Shown: positions 10,241-24,829, counted from the stretch's first letter. The stretch: DNA of 56,924 bases from Octopus bimaculoides (GCF_001194135.2 NC_068992.1:4607216-4664139); one strand, 5' to 3'. Translations and numbers: made by a program. Notes: generated by a model from the letters alone, not told the origin.

Positions 10241-12085
10241 CTATCTTACCCTTCCTTCTAGAAAGAAGAACAAATAGAATATATATATAAATTAAATTCC
10301 TGTTTGGTTCACTAGACTGTTGATTATCAGCCCAGTCAAGATGTTATTCTCTTCATTTCCTACTCATGTATTTACACATATTTACAAAACGGCTTTCTGA
10401 AATGAACTTCCATTATACAGCTGAGGAGTACAATTTCATTGCACATCTTATGTGCTGTTCTCACTACATAAATAAATGAAGCTTGTACTAAACGTACGTA
10501 CTGCTATGACCTAACACATTTTTGTTGCTTTTCTACAAATTATATATATATATATATATATATNNNNNNNNNNNNNNNNNNNNNNNNNNNNNNNNNNNNN
10601 NNNNNNNNNNNNNNNNNNNNNNNNNNNNNNNNNNNNNNNNTATATCTGTCTCTCTGCATATATATGCATAAATACACCACCTTCGAGTAAAACTTTGAAT
10701 CGATGCCGGGAATGTTGAAAGGAAAAATTGACATTAATGTAATTAGAATTTAGATTGCAGAAAGTTTGAGCAAACCGAGGAGAAATTCTATCCAGCACTG
10801 CACAGACTCTACCGATTCACCGCAGTAGCTAAGGAGATATACTAACACATTTATATAAATCGTGATGTCATGTTTGTCAAGTTTAACGTTATCTAAATTT
10901 AAATGTTACTTTGGTTAAATAACTGTGTAATACTACGTATTATACTGACTTTTCTCAGTCTCACATGCAGTAAATTAACCGATATTCTATCTCCTTCAAC
11001 ATGCACGCTTGTATTTTCGTTTGTACTCCTTGCATTGTTTAGACGAGCTTACCATGTTCGTTGAAATATTTCATGAATGGTAACTCTCTCGTGATGATAT
11101 CATCAGTTTTTTTGACCCAGTGTCATGGAATATACCATGCAATGCGATCATCCATTTAAAAAACAGTCGTATGTGACTTATTTGTATCGCACATTTCTGA
11201 AGAATTAAACCATAGATTTCTACAGTGCAAGCCTCCAATCAATACTTCACTGGTATTATAGAATTTTTGCTGCTATTTCTAGCATGGTTTGGAATCATTC
11301 AGAGCTGCGCTCGTTTTCACAAATGCATACTTATTTGTCAATGAGATGTTTAGAATAATATTTATTATAATGTGTCTGTTTTATATTGCGTCTGGAAGAT
11401 TTCAGTATCTAGTTTAATGTCTGTCTAATTTATATTATAATCTCTTGTGAGGAGTGTTTTGATAACGACCAATTTCACACTGATTGGAATCTCACTTTTA
11501 CACTATCATTTCTGCACACAGGGAATATTTATTTAATTTTTCTCTATTTCTCTCATTCAGAAAATACTCCATAGTTAAGAACCATAACAATGTCAATAAA
11601 ACGAGATGAGAGTTTGTAATTATTTACATTTCAAGCAATGTGTATGTACATATAAGGCGCGGCTTTGAGTAGCTAGGTACAAAAATGGCTCTCTCACGAA
11701 ATACACCGTAAGAACGTTGTTTAGAGATCGATCTCACAGCCCAGCATTTCATTCTGCAGATCTTTAAAAGACGCACTTTTGAGAAGAAATTGAGAGTCAG
11801 AAAGAGTGGGGTTGCGTCTGAGAAATATTCAAATGAATTCTAGCTGTATTTCAAAGAGGCAGCCTTGTTAGACATTGTGTCACGCTGAATATATTTTGAA
11901 CAACATGAAGCGTATGCTCATCTATTAAGTGGGCAGCCATTTAAAAGTTGATGTCAGGAGTAGGCTCTTCTGTGAATCAGATCAACTAGAACCCTTATCT
12001 GTCGTAACCAACGGAGTGCCAGTTCTTTCAGCTTGTGTTTCNNNNNNNNNNNNNNNNNNNNNNNNNNNNNNNNNNNNNNNNNNNN

Positions 12086-12244
12086 GACAATTAGCGTTGG
12101 TTTGTTTACCCCGTAACTTACCATTCAGCAAAACAGCTTATATAATGAGAAACAAAATAACACCTAGGATCCATTTGTTCAACAAAATCCTTCAAAGTGG
12201 AGCCCCAGCATGGACGCATTTCAATGACTGAAAGAAAGAAAAGG
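12086..12244 (+). mobile_element. SINE family Y 3' half, decayed
   Basis: CCCCGTAACTTA...CCCCAGCATGG..CAATGACTGAAA similar to the copies at 42100 and 55920. Confidence 0.55.
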
Positions 12245-13079
12245 TTGGTAAGAGGTATATAATAACCCGAATTTCAAGTTTAATTTTTCAGATATTTTAA
12301 TTATAAATTCATCATTTTCGCAGTGCGTTTAACTACAAATCGCAGCGCAATTTTAAAGTCATACTTATCGTGTAAATATATTTTCAATGTAAAAGAAATG
12401 CTTTGCAAAATGTAGTAAATATCTTTTTCAACGAAAACACTCGGATATTGTTGATCTTATACGATGGATTAACTCCATTTTTAACTCGTGTAATCTAGCA
12501 CATAATATGTTTCCAAGTTGTACTAAATATGTTTTTTCAGAGAAACCACAAGCAGCTTGTTGACTTCATGCAATGGAATAATTTCATTTATATCTCATGT
12601 AATATATAGCACATGCTCGAAATGATCTTGCATATTTTTTAGCTTCTCATCATGTGACGAACTTGTTGGATAAATTTAGATTAATCCTCATTTAGCAGCA
12701 ATATGATGAACTGCAATCCACTGACGAGGTGAGTGTGCTCACATCATCCATTTAATCAGCAAACTCATTAATATCACTAATGAAGGAAGTTGCATGTGGC
12801 ACTTTAATAATTGGCAGCATTGACGTAACAGATATAATTCGAAATTAAAACTGTATTAGAAGTTTATCTTCTTCATTGGAAGTTATGATGAATTAGTGGA
12901 TAATATCGACCAACTAATAGGCTGCTGCATCATTTTACAGATTCGGTGGGTTGACGTGCAAATTTGGCTTCATGTTTATTTGAACTCAGAATGTCAGAAA
13001 CCGGAAGAAACATCACAGGGCATTTTATCCGATGCTTGCAATAATTGTAACATTATTTCTGAGCAAATCTATGCTCCAG

Positions 13080-13260
13080 GGCAAAGTGCATAGCGGAATT
13101 TCGTTCGTCTTTACGATCTGAGTTGAAATTCAGCCGAGGTCGACTTTGGCTGTCATCCTTTTGTGGTCGATAAAGTAAGTAAGAGTTGAGCGCTGAAGTT
13201 GTAATTGATTTAGCCCCTATCTTGAAATTTCTGGCCTTGTGCCAATATTTGAAACCATTA
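13080..13260 (+). mobile_element. SINE family X
   Basis: CGTCTTTACG.TCTGAGTT.AAATTC.GCCGAGGTCGACTTTG...AAATTTCTGGCCTTGTGCC. Confidence 0.8.
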
Positions 13261-13721
13261 TTTCTAACCAAAGCACAAGGGTAAGGACTGAGGTGAGAGG
13301 CAGTTCGATTATGTTTGAAGTTAGCATTTGACTGGTAATTTATTTTATCGATCCGAAAAATTAAATGTAAAGTGAAGTTGTCCACAGTGAGATTTGAGCT
13401 GAGATCCTAACCAACCAGACAAAGCAATTGGTTCCGTCCTCTAATGTTTCTGCCAACCCACTGACTTTGGAATAATTGTAGTAAAGTTTCTGATTGAGAC
13501 ATATGACCTATAATTCTCAATTGCTATATTGTTTTCTCTGTCCTGAATAGATGAAGGACATAATTTGACCATGATGCCATTTCAACAAAGAAAGTAAAGA
13601 ACCAGAACGAATATCGCAAGATATTTTTCCGATGCTCCAACGCGTCTTCCAGTCCACTGCATTTGGAAAATGTATAATAAATGTTTGTAATTAACGCACA
13701 AGTCAAGCATATTTCACTGAA

Positions 13722-14560
13722 GAGGTTCAGTCGATATCATAACAAGAATACTTCATTGGTATTTTACTTTAATCAACCCCGAAAAGACGAAAGCAAGTAT
13801 TGATCTCCGCAAGATTAGAACACAAGACGAAAAGACTCGTAACCAATGCCGCGAAGTGATATGTTTTCCCAACACTCCACTGACTCTGAAAACCACTTCG
13901 ATTAGCAAAGATGTAATAACTCCTTATAATATAGTACATGATATTCTAAAAATAAGGGCCAGGGTTACAGTGGATTACATCAACATAGGGGTTCAATTGG
14001 TACTGTGTTTATCGACCGCCAAATGATGAAAGTTTAAGTAGACGTTCGTGAAATTAGAACTCAAACCCTGGCGAAATGTAGCTAAGAGTTTTGTCCGGCA
14101 TGTGAAATTATTCTTCCAGTGCCGCCTTTAGCAAAGGCATTGTAATAATCTTCCTAGTTCTGTCACGCAGTCTGAAATTTGTGGAGTGGGTGAGTCGAAA
14201 AAAAATCGACATGTACTTAATTTATCAACCACAGAATGTTGAAATATGAAGTCGACCACTGCAGAATTAGAACGGAGAACGCAAAGACGGACCAAATGCC
14301 GCCAATTATTTTCCCGGCACGGCAAAGATTCTATCAGCTCGTCACACTTTTCAAAGTTTTATAAAAGGAATTTCAAATTGTGGCCCAAGGCCAGCAATTT
14401 GAGAAGAGGTGGGCAAGTCGATAACATTAACCATAGGGTGCAACAGCTATTTATTTTATGGATGAAAGACAGCGTCCACTCGATGGCATTAGAATTCAGA
14501 ATATAAAACCAAAATAAATAACATTACGTATTTTGTCCGACATGTTAACGTTTCTGTCAT
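13722..14560 (-). mobile_element. Four head-to-tail decayed SINE family X copies
   Basis: Reverse complements at about 13722-13870, 13940-14130, 14143-14346 and 14370-14560 each align by eye to the 35911 copy. Confidence 0.65.
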
Positions 14561-15260
14561 CTCACAGCTTTTAGCAACGGTATTATAATAATGACAATGA
14601 TTTAATATAATATAAGAATTTATTAACCAAGTTTTCTTGAAATTATATAAAATTTTATTAAATTTTGTTATAAGTTTATATTTCAGGTAAAACCTGCTTG
14701 AGTTAGTGTTTATAAGAGTTTATTATACAATTCTTTATTCCCAATGGTTTAGAAAGTTTGAATCATGATAAAAATATTCTGAGTAATCTCAATATTTTGT
14801 TGTGAAGCCAAGAATATCATATTTGATAATATGGATTATATTAAGTACATTATATTATCTGGGAAATAATAATTTTATCTTTTTCTCAGAAGTAACCAAA
14901 GCATCCTCCGAGAAGTTCAAGAAGCATCTCGATACATTTCAGCCCATAATCGTAAGGCAGGCATCAGCAAATAAGTATAACCCAAGCTGATCAACTTCGA
15001 CTAGTTTGTTCATACATCAACCAGAATTGCCCGTTACACTCTGAAACCAGACGGAAATATCCACTCTCGACATATGATGTACAAATGGAACATTCGACTT
15101 CCAAAGCTATACGTCCATGAATGGCCTAGGCCATAACTACTAAAACTCTGTGAACTTATATACATGTGTGTGTGTGCGTGTGTGCGTGCGTGTGTGCGTG
15201 TGTATGGCGTAAAATGTGTCATGATGCATCAAAGCAATTATGTTCTGCAATCAACAGAAG

Positions 15261-15318
15261 CGCTGTGTTAACAACAAACAAGATGAGGACAATTATCCGT
15301 CAAATGTAAATAATGTAA
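15261..15318 (+). mobile_element. Fragment of the same PLE-type terminal repeat as 48262-48445
   Basis: CGCTGTGTTAACAACAAACAAGATGAGGACAA.TATCCGTCAA.TGTAAATAA is shared with 48349-48400. Confidence 0.8.
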
Positions 15319-16144
15319 AATTTAATAGTTATTTATAATAGAGAATGTTCATAAATTATCTTTATGGCTTCCACAGTTTATTGTTAAAGTTGATATCCAT
15401 GAATCAACGTCTCGGAAGGGTTCTGATGTTACCAATTAAACTTTATTTTCCTGTTTTCCCTGCATTTCATTTCTTCTAAAATCTTCAACTTGTAAACTTG
15501 ATTTATGGACATCCTGTATACGTCAAGTCTGATCAAACTTAAACTGAAAATGTGTAATGACACACTTCTTAAAATATTGCATAATTTTCTGAATAACTAA
15601 AAGCCGGTAGTAAATATGGAAAGGCAAAGGAAATTGCGAGCACGTGCTTTTAGTTAAAATATTTTTTTTCTTTTAGTAGAAAAATAGTAGAAATAGTAGA
15701 AATAGTATATGATCGGCCATTATTATGATTGACCNNNNNNNNNNTATATATATATATATATATATATTAAAAAGAAATGCGAAATTGCATGTTTGTTTTC
15801 TTTATCACTCCAATCATAAAAGTGATGAAAGACGCATGTATGTACAATATTGGTTGCTACAAGATCAGGCATCGCTTGCCCGCAGTCGTTGCAATCGTAA
15901 AAAAAGCAGCGCATGACTAAAATATTACGCATTAAATATTCGTAGAAGTAAAGATGTTACTAAAAAATTCGAAACTGATTAATAAGTACACTGGACGTAC
16001 ATACATTGGAGAAAATGATAGATGTTTGCAATGAAAGCACCAACTAAAGATGTGATTCAACCACTCATTCCAGGGTTGTCTTCAACCGTTTATCTCTGTC
16101 TGAATGAGGAAGGTTTCTGTAAAAAGCCTGCAGAATCAAACTAA

Positions 16145-16197
<53 letters not shown>

Positions 16198-16336
16198 GAT
16201 ATAGACAGATAAATAAATAGATAGATTGATTGATAGATAAATATATAGATTGATAGATAGAAAGATAGGTAAATAGACAGACAGCTACATAAATANNNNN
16301 NNNNNTGCATACATAGATAGATAGATAGATGGGTAA

Positions 16337-16367
<31 letters not shown>

Positions 16368-16380
16368 ACGAGAGACATAA

Positions 16381-16410
<30 letters not shown>
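16145..16410. repeat. (TAGA)n compound tetranucleotide microsatellite
   Basis: Directly visible; interrupted by a 10-N gap. Confidence 0.9.
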
Positions 16411-16412
<2 letters not shown>

Positions 16413-16633
16413 ATCGACGAACAAATTTACTCCAAACGTCAAAATCTCTCTCTTTACTGAACGTCGAACTAATATATTCCTTGTGCACATCCATCCTCCT
16501 GTAATTGTTAATGTTATTGAACGTTTATTTGAATTGACTACCTATCTATCTATCTATACAAACATACATATATACATACGTATGCATATCTTCATATATC
16601 TTTCTTTCAGTTCCACACACACACACACACACA

Positions 16634-16668
<35 letters not shown>

Positions 16669-18065
16669 NNNNNNNNNNATATATATATATATATATATAC
16701 ATATATGTATACACACATGTGTGTGCGTGTTAATAAAGACGTACAGAATTACAAATCCACTTCAGCCATTCTTACCAATTGCTTTCACAATCTGAATTTC
16801 ATAAGCGAATATTAGATAAAAGCGTGGTTAGTTTCAAATGGTCTTTTGAGACGACCCGACCCACCCCATTGACAAATGTACAAGTGCGTGGTTTTCTGAC
16901 ATGGATATATGTGTGTGTATGTATGTGTGTGTGTGTGTGTGACTTTGTGTGTGTGTGTATGTGTGCGTGCGTGCGTGTGTGTGTGTGAGAGAGTGTGTGT
17001 GTGTGTGTGTGCGTGTTTTCGGGTCTGTGTGCAAGCGTGTTTGATTATAGGCGTGTATAAAATTTGAAACCTGATAAATTCAATTCCTGAATCGCACGAA
17101 CGTGTGTGGTTCAAACAGATGCTGGTGTACTGACAGACATATGCAAAAATATATCACTAAATAACTATTAAGTCTCTTATATTTTCTTTTTATTTAGAGA
17201 AAAAATACAAAAATCCCAGAAGCAATTGTTAGCGATTCTGAAAGAAATTGCAAAATAATTTCAAGTAAACATGAAAATATTTAACAGAAAATTGGAATTT
17301 CATTTCGAGAGTAAACTAATCTTTAGTGTCAGGCAATAAGACAGACAGCTACTAACGTGTTTTACTTTGTTACACATGGCATCATTAGTAAAACATGTTT
17401 TCGTAAATATACTTTCACCATACCATTTAGATTTCAACGAATTTACCAAGATTTCCCGCCCGTAAAATTCGTACAATTTCAAAAATATAATCTGAATTAA
17501 GCATGCCATTGCACAAATTTAGATAATTGAAATACGTGATGTTGTTACTAGTAAGTGAATAAGGTTCCATGCCTCATAGTTTTCGGAATGGCTTTGATGC
17601 CGATGTAGTCGCATATAAAGTTAGACATTCATTTCGCACACCTAATTTTGAACAAGCAGATCGTACATAGCATGACAGCTGGAGGAAACAGGATCAGGCA
17701 GTACAAGAATTTGGCTGGTACTACTCATTACGTTACAGGAGACTGGCACAACGTGAGGTTAATATCGTCTGGCGTAATGTCAACACGCGACAACCCATCA
17801 AAGAAAAGACGGTGGACTACATGATCACGAATCCAACAATTTAACCAGTAAACTGCCTGCTTTTACGATATATTATACAATGTATTAAAAAGCTGAAATT
17901 TATCCGCTGGGCAAATAGAAGATGAAGTGACTAGCGATTGTTACAGTCCCTGAAAAGGTGAGGAGAAAATCTTAGGACATGAAGACTTAATTTCAGAAAC
18001 ATCGTATTGTTATGCTTAGAGAAAATATCTTCGTACTGGTGAAAATTTACAAACTCACGCGCGCG

Positions 18066-18120
<55 letters not shown>

Positions 18121-18268
18121 NNNNNNNNNNNNNNNNNNNNNNNNNNNNNNNNNNNNNNNNNNNNNNNNNNNNNNNNNNNNNNNNNNNNNNNNNNNNNNNN
18201 NNNNNNNNNNNNNNNNNNNNNNNNNNNNNNNNNNNNNNNNNNNNNNNNNNNNNNNNNNNNNNNNNNNN

Positions 18269-18324
<56 letters not shown>

Positions 18325-19496
18325 CAGATACACAGATGTATATATATATATATATTTGTGTGAGTATGTGAGAGTGTGATTGTGTGTGTGTGTATGCGTG
18401 TATGTGTGTATCTGTGTGCGTCGGTGGGTGCGCATTGTTGCTCGTTTCCGTTTCGAACTGACATTAGTAATTACCTGTCTCTTCACAAAAGTCGCAATCC
18501 ACATCGGATCTTTATTCTACATGTTATTTGTGATACGCTTAGCAAAAACATTTTTGAAGGGAGGGGTGCCAATTACGTCAACCAAAGCACTTAATTCGTG
18601 ATAATTTATCGAATTCAGTTGGAGAAAACGTAATGGTTACCTAAGTTGTATTTGAACTGAGAATGGCAAAAACACTGAACAACTAACGGAAAGACTTCGC
18701 CCCCACATAGACTCTCAAATGTTTCCTTTAACCCATCGTTTTATGTGATATACACAATAACATATGCTTTCCAGTGCTTTGTGTATGATGCGTATGAAAG
18801 GAAAACTGAAATCTCTTTTACTGTAGATTGCAGGCCTTCAGTGTAGTTACATGCATTTTAACATTCGGATAATAACGCTACAGAATCAATGCAATTCACC
18901 CTGAAGAGACCGAACGGTGGGGGTGTAGAACAATGCAAACAAAAGCGAATGAATTAAAGAGATTGAAGTTCATTTGAAAACAATGTATTCAAAGCCTTTC
19001 TTCGAACCTACCTTTTAACATATTTTACACATAATTTCTCTCTTTAATTCTGTTTTCAAATCAAGTAAACAATAAAATTGTTTGTTGAAAACATTTTTGA
19101 ATATATTGTTGAATGATGGTTTTAGAACGCTAAAGGCAATATGCAGTGTAATGGAAATCATTGTATTACATATCAACACACGCAACTCACATTTACCATT
19201 AAAGAGAGACAAACTATAATAGCAGTGATGCTACTGATACTATTACGAAATAAGACTGATATTGAGAAAGATAATGAAGATAAACAATGCAGTATAGGAA
19301 AACAGAGGGAAAAGATAAGGATTATATTGATAATTATTTCTTGTACTGATACATGCGCAGATATTAGGAAATGAATAATTAAACAAATTAAATTCAAATG
19401 TACTTATTTTGTGGAACTCAGATAAATAAAAGATTAAATACTATGTCGTAATATTTGAGCTCTTATCGTAATAAGTCGCAACTAGCGAAGGAGATT

Positions 19497-19790
19497 TTAG
19501 CTTGTACTTAGATTGGTGGTGCCTCTGCTGGATTCCACTTTTAGCATTCCATTCTGAAATCGTTGCGCAGGCTTCCTTGATAGGACGAATATTTCAGTTT
19601 TCACAGCACGGATTTTCATACCTATTGACCAACATTCCACTGCTAAACTAAGTTCATGTCGAAGATCACCTTCGCTCGAGTGGAGTGATACCATGTCGTC
19701 TTCAAATTCCAGCTTTCTGATCCCGCTGGGTTCGATGCCCACTTGTAACATTTTTGTGAACATCAATCTTGTCCGTAAATATTATGAAAA
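19497..19790 (-). pseudogene. RTE-clade LINE reverse transcriptase fragment
   Basis: LEFEDDMVSLHSSEGDLRHEL..VECWSIGMKIRAVKTEIFVLSRKP resembles RTE LLFADD.VLLASS..DLQ.AL..EC...GM.IS..K.E.MVL.RK. Confidence 0.7.
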
Positions 19791-20163
19791 GAAGTGAGTG
19801 TACACAAAATACGTTGAGTCGAATACCCACATTGAATGGTTTTGACTAAGCACTATTTAAATGAACACACTCACTAGGGCATTAATGTGAAAACTATGCC
19901 AATGGAAAGATGGCCGGACTCTTTTTATGGGTAAAAACCAATTCAAACGAGATCCGCAATGGATTAATCCTCCTAACATTAGGACACTGACGTTCCGAAG
20001 CAAAAGGCCATCCTGGACCACATCCCGAGACGTTCCGCTTGACCGATTGCCATTAAATCCCCAATAGACACATTACAGCTTCTAGCCCACAGGGGGCGCT
20101 TTCTTCCCTTTCTATCTTCTACTACAGCTATAATGGTCTCTTTTTATTTGGAGCCGCTTTTTG

Positions 20164-20303
20164 TCCGTCTTTACCTTTTTCAGTTCACATTCCGCCAAAG
20201 TCGACTTTGCCTTTCACCTTTACGGAGTTGATCGCTGGGGTTGATGGTTTTGACTTATCCCTTCCTCGAAATTTCTGGCTTTGCGCCAAAATTTGAAACC
20301 AAT
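20164..20303 (+). mobile_element. SINE family X, truncated
   Basis: TTCCGCCAAAGTCGACTTTGCCTTTCA...GAAATTTCTGGCTTTGCGCC. Confidence 0.75.
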
Positions 20304-20482
20304 ATAAATGTTTATTCGTTTGATTAACCGCACAATATAATTTAATCGTTATTTACTGAAATTTCTGTCGGAACTTGTATCCTTTACGTAATTCTTAGAT
20401 GGCGTCCACTTTATAAAGTGTAACAAGTTTGGAATGTAGGATATATTTGAAAAGCTTCTGAGGAAATATATTCAGAATATTA

Positions 20483-20598
20483 GGGTCGAAGCGACGCTGT
20501 AGTTAAAAGATAATTGCACCAAAGACCACAGAATGGAACCGAACCAGCTACACAGTATTTGCGATCAGAATCTCTACACGACACAACCAACGCACCCA
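20483..20598 (-). mobile_element. Decayed SINE family Y head
   Basis: Minus strand shows a tRNA-like head (GGTTCGGTTCC) followed by a degenerate CORE-like block. Confidence 0.4.
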
Positions 20599-22088
20599 AA
20601 TGATATATTTGTGCATGCGTGTGCATGTGCGTGTGGTTGCATGTGAACGTATATAACTCTCTTATTATATATATATATATATATATATATGAATACACAC
20701 ACACACATATATANNNNNNNNNNNNNNNNNNNNNNNNNNNNNNNNNNNNNNNNNNNNNNNNNNNNNNNNNNNNNNNNNNNNNNNNNNNNNNNNNNNNNNN
20801 NNNNNNNNNNNNNNNNNNNNNNNNNNNNNNNNNNNNNNNNNNNNNNNNNNNNNNNNNNNNNNNNNNNNNNNNNNNNNNNNNNNNNNNNNNNNNNNTATAT
20901 ATATATACATATATATTCATATGTATGTGTATGTGTATAACACAATCTATTTTTACTTGGTATTTCGTTGATATATTTACGCCTCAAAACATTTGTCTTC
21001 TGTGTACTTGAAAGTTTTCGTATTTGTATTTAATAGAAACCATCATCGTCATGGTCATCATCCTCATCATCATTTTTTTCTTCTCCTTTTTCTGTTTCAA
21101 CTTTTCTTCTTCATCTTCTTATCATCATCATTGCTCATGTTGTTTTGTCGTTTGTGTTTTTTTTTCTCGTTATTGACGATGCTGGTTAATGCTCTCTGTG
21201 ATTGGTCACATTTCCTTTCAAAGAGCTCTTCATAGAAAATATTTTCTCGTATGATTATCTTATGGAAAAATTCTCTGTGTTTTATTTATTTTTCGTTTGT
21301 ATTTTTTTGCTTTACTAATAAATGGCCATGAAACATTTGGTCGTGTACTTTATTACGTTGGCTTAGAAAAGGAGTGTCTGCATTAGACATTGTCAATGTA
21401 CACACAAATTTTTTATGAACATCATATTGGTACGCATTGGCCAAACCTGTTTATCGGAAAGAAAACTAAGCCACAAAACTGAAACGGCGAATTAACCCCA
21501 GCATTTTTTATATATAAACACGTAAACCGATGCTAAATACAAAATATTAAAGATGATACGCAATGTAGCTAACAAATGCATGTAGAAGCACAACCAGAAT
21601 TCTTTTATGAAAACCGAAACGTTCTCCCTATTAAGAGGTAATCGATTAAAAGATACATCTCATTTGCGAACGTTGCTAGCATTGCTGTGTTTACGAGCGA
21701 AGAACAAAGCCTGGGTATCAATAATTGCCACACAAATGACAAAATGTGCAAGAGGTACGTATCAAATGAAAATGACTTAGTGCTCTATATATTTTTATCC
21801 AGGAAAATACGAGAGACCGTAACATATTTCATCCTTAAGAATCGGTGAGGTATTTCACATGCTCTCGAAGGCATATTTAGAATAAATCTTGGTCGGTCTA
21901 TGGAAAATATGCCCCCCTCGAAATACAGGCCAATTTTTGAGACATACACTGAGCTGGTGTTTTACTCTTAAAATCAGACTCAATCCTTTGTACAAAGGGA
22001 AACTGTATTACAAGAAAGCCGGTCTAAATTATAGGCTGTGAAGTTGCCTGTTAGTTATTTTAATTAAAATTAACATCAGCGAGCGGGG

Positions 22089-22300
22089 CCGATGCTGTAT
22101 GCAGATGATGTGTATAAGCAAGTTTGAGAGGCATCACCATGATCATCTTTATCATGATGGTCCTCGAATATGTCAAGGAAGTTAGGGATCTGAATACTTG
22201 TGAGTGGATGAGGCGCTCATGTCTTGAATGGGTCCAGTGGTTAGGAGAAGGGCGGTAATTTAAATCCTTGAAAGAGCTATTTACATGATTGATACATAAT
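22089..22300 (+). pseudogene. Possible RTE LINE RT remnant
   Basis: PMLYADDV at 22089-22112 plus downstream CLEWVQW; otherwise decayed. Confidence 0.3.
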
Positions 22301-22855
22301 TGCTTAAACGCAGACGTAGGACAAACGTAAAAAGTCACAAGATTTGAGCTCAGAATTTATAATGTCACAAGTTTTGAATTAGTCCGTCTCTTTAGTAATT
22401 CTGCGAACAGGAATATAAATAAAAGGCAAATGTTAAAATCTCAAAGAATATATTTACACAGGTTACCTTAGTGATTATTCGAGATACTTTATAACGAATT
22501 GATACAATATCACTTGAGTTATTAGAGCTAATTAAGGTAATTGAACACGTATATAATCGTCATTGTTTTACCTACTCTGTTGTTAAAATGTTTGGTGATT
22601 TCAATTAAAATAATTTTATTGACTTTACACAACATACAAACAATTATAACAATGGAATTTGTCTGAAACAAGTTTGGAAATTTATGATTCTGGAAACAAA
22701 AGCCATCAGAATAAGACATATATTCTACTGCCGCAGTTTCTAGTTTGGTATAAAGCAGAGTACAAACATGGACGCAGTCCAGCGATTGAAACGAGAAAAA
22801 GATTACACACGCACACACGCACACACAAACACACACAAACACACACAAACGCACA

Positions 22856-22902
<47 letters not shown>

Positions 22903-23010
22903 CTTTTATTGTTTGCTTGTTGTTTCAGTCATTAGACAGTGGCCATACTGGAGTAATACCATAAAGAATTTTTGTCCAACTTGGCCTGGTACTTATTCTG
23001 TTGGTCTCTT
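22903..23010 (-). mobile_element. SINE family Y 3' end
   Basis: TTTCAGTCATT.GAC.GTGGCCAT.CTGGAG...GGTACTTATTCT is the reverse complement of the family Y tail. Confidence 0.7.
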
Positions 23011-24082
23011 CAAAGAAGACTTCAAAAGTTACTAGTAGCCACATCTCTTGAAAACGGAAAAAATTGGAATCGTAGTGTTATCAAGTACTTGCAATAAAAG
23101 ACTTTAGCCTTCGGGGACAACCATGCTTTCGTGGTTGATAGATTAGGGAATGACGCTCAAGTTTTTACAACAGTGCAAATGTGGTCAGCTGAATTTTGGA
23201 GGGGAAGGTGGAGTGTTGAGAATGACCCCAAGGTCTGGGTGTCTTACAACTGCTACCATGGCATATGGAGGAAATCACTGATTTTGTTCACCACCTGCTG
23301 ATTGGGCGATTGACTATAAATCAAATAGACGATGCTAAAAGCAACTCCCGTGAGGAAGTTGAGAATATTTTCAGAAACCTGATCAAAAGAGCATCAAGTT
23401 GTTTACACTACAGGAAAAAATCTGACATTATTTGACCCAGGTCCAGCTAGTTCACTTGGGTGTTTGCTAAACCAGGATGGGTTTCGGATTTATTACTTTG
23501 ACCCATTTACAAAGACACAGTCCATGCAGTGGGATCACCCCACTTTATCTGCTCCAAAGAAGGCCAAGGTTATTTAACCTGAAGAGAATGAGATGAGCTC
23601 CGTTTTTCGGGATGGAAAAGGCATATCAATGGAGAGTATTATGCCAACTTGCTAGGGCAATTAAAAAAGGCTAGCAAAACCAAACGTCCTGGGAAACTGA
23701 TGAAAAGTGTCTTGTTTTATCACGACAGTGCTCCAGCACCAAGATCCTTGATATCAATAGCTTCAGTGCATTACTGTGGTTCGAACGTGTTGCTCACCCT
23801 ACATATTCTGATTTAGCGTCATCTGAATATCATTTGTCCCCCATGAAAAATAAACATTTGGCTGGGAACCAGTATCACAATGATGACGACTGCATTTCTG
23901 CTGTTGGTTATTTCTTCACCAACTGGATCCAAGCAACTGGATCCAAGCAACTGGATCCAAGCAACTGGATCCAATGCAAGAAATGTGTGAAAGGGGGTGA
24001 CTATGTTGCAAAATGAACCTCATTTATTCACATTCCCGTAGGGTTATATGGCTAGTCTATGAAATTTTCAGCCGACCTCTGT
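23011..24082 (+). mobile_element. Decayed mariner (Tc1/mariner) element with transposase pseudogene
   Basis: Frameshifted motifs: N-terminal HTH (..VIKYLQ..TVQMWSAEF..G..S..NDP), YFDP.TK.QS.QW, DGKG, NGEYYANLL, KRPGKL.K.VLFYHDSAPA, YSDLASSEYHL, KKCVKGGDYVAK*. Right terminus near 24082. Confidence 0.85.
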
Positions 24083-24741
24083 TGTCTTGTACACAATTTT
24101 ACTTATTCAAGACTAGAGCTACTTTCTATGGCTTGCATTGAGGTAATTAACCGCACCTTGCCTAAGTATCTACATTTAAAAGAAAATCAACATTTTTCTT
24201 GCTTTTATCGAAGAATGTAACTGTCGCTGTGATGGCAATATTGTAATCGCAAATTTAATTTTAAAGAAACGAAGGAAATATTGTTCGTATTTTGCAAGAG
24301 AAAAAATAGAATTGCATTCACATTTCTTTATATTAAGACTTTATATTTTCCTTATAAATGCCGACAATTCGATGCATGTAAGCTTATTTCTTTCTTTAAT
24401 TCAAGCTTATGAATATTTAATGTTATATCCATAAGCGTTTTTACTTTACATTTATTTTCACAATTTTAAAAGTTTGAAATTGTCTTCCATATTCAGAAAA
24501 GGTGCATTGGATTACGACACACTTTCTATAACAAGATTCGGCGTAATGCGAATGTATGTATGTATGAATTATATATATATATATNNNNNNNNNNNNNNNN
24601 NNNNNNNNNNNNNNNNNNNNNNNNNNNNNNNNNNNNNNNNNNNNNNNNNNNNNNNNNNNNNGTATAACTAATAAATTTCTTTGTGCATATGTCCCTAGAA
24701 ATTTGTCCCTATAAATAAATCAGTCTCTCCGATAATTTCTG

Positions 24742-24780
<39 letters not shown>

Positions 24781-24829
24781 ACCATTAACACACACAGAGA
24801 GACATACATGAATACTAGAATGGATAATA

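Noticed and set aside
11645-11830. TATAAGGCGC / GGGGTTGCGTCT pogo-like subterminal motifs
   Set aside because: Too short and no TIR pair.
12600-13030. Minus-strand WIAVHHIAAK ankyrin-like fragment
   Set aside because: Flanked by stops, no repeat or splice support.
15507-15518. GGACATCCTGTA Tc1-like TIR end
   Set aside because: No partner TIR found.
17700-17830. RTE-like C-terminal motifs (GWY..H, KKR..DY)
   Set aside because: Too degenerate to support.
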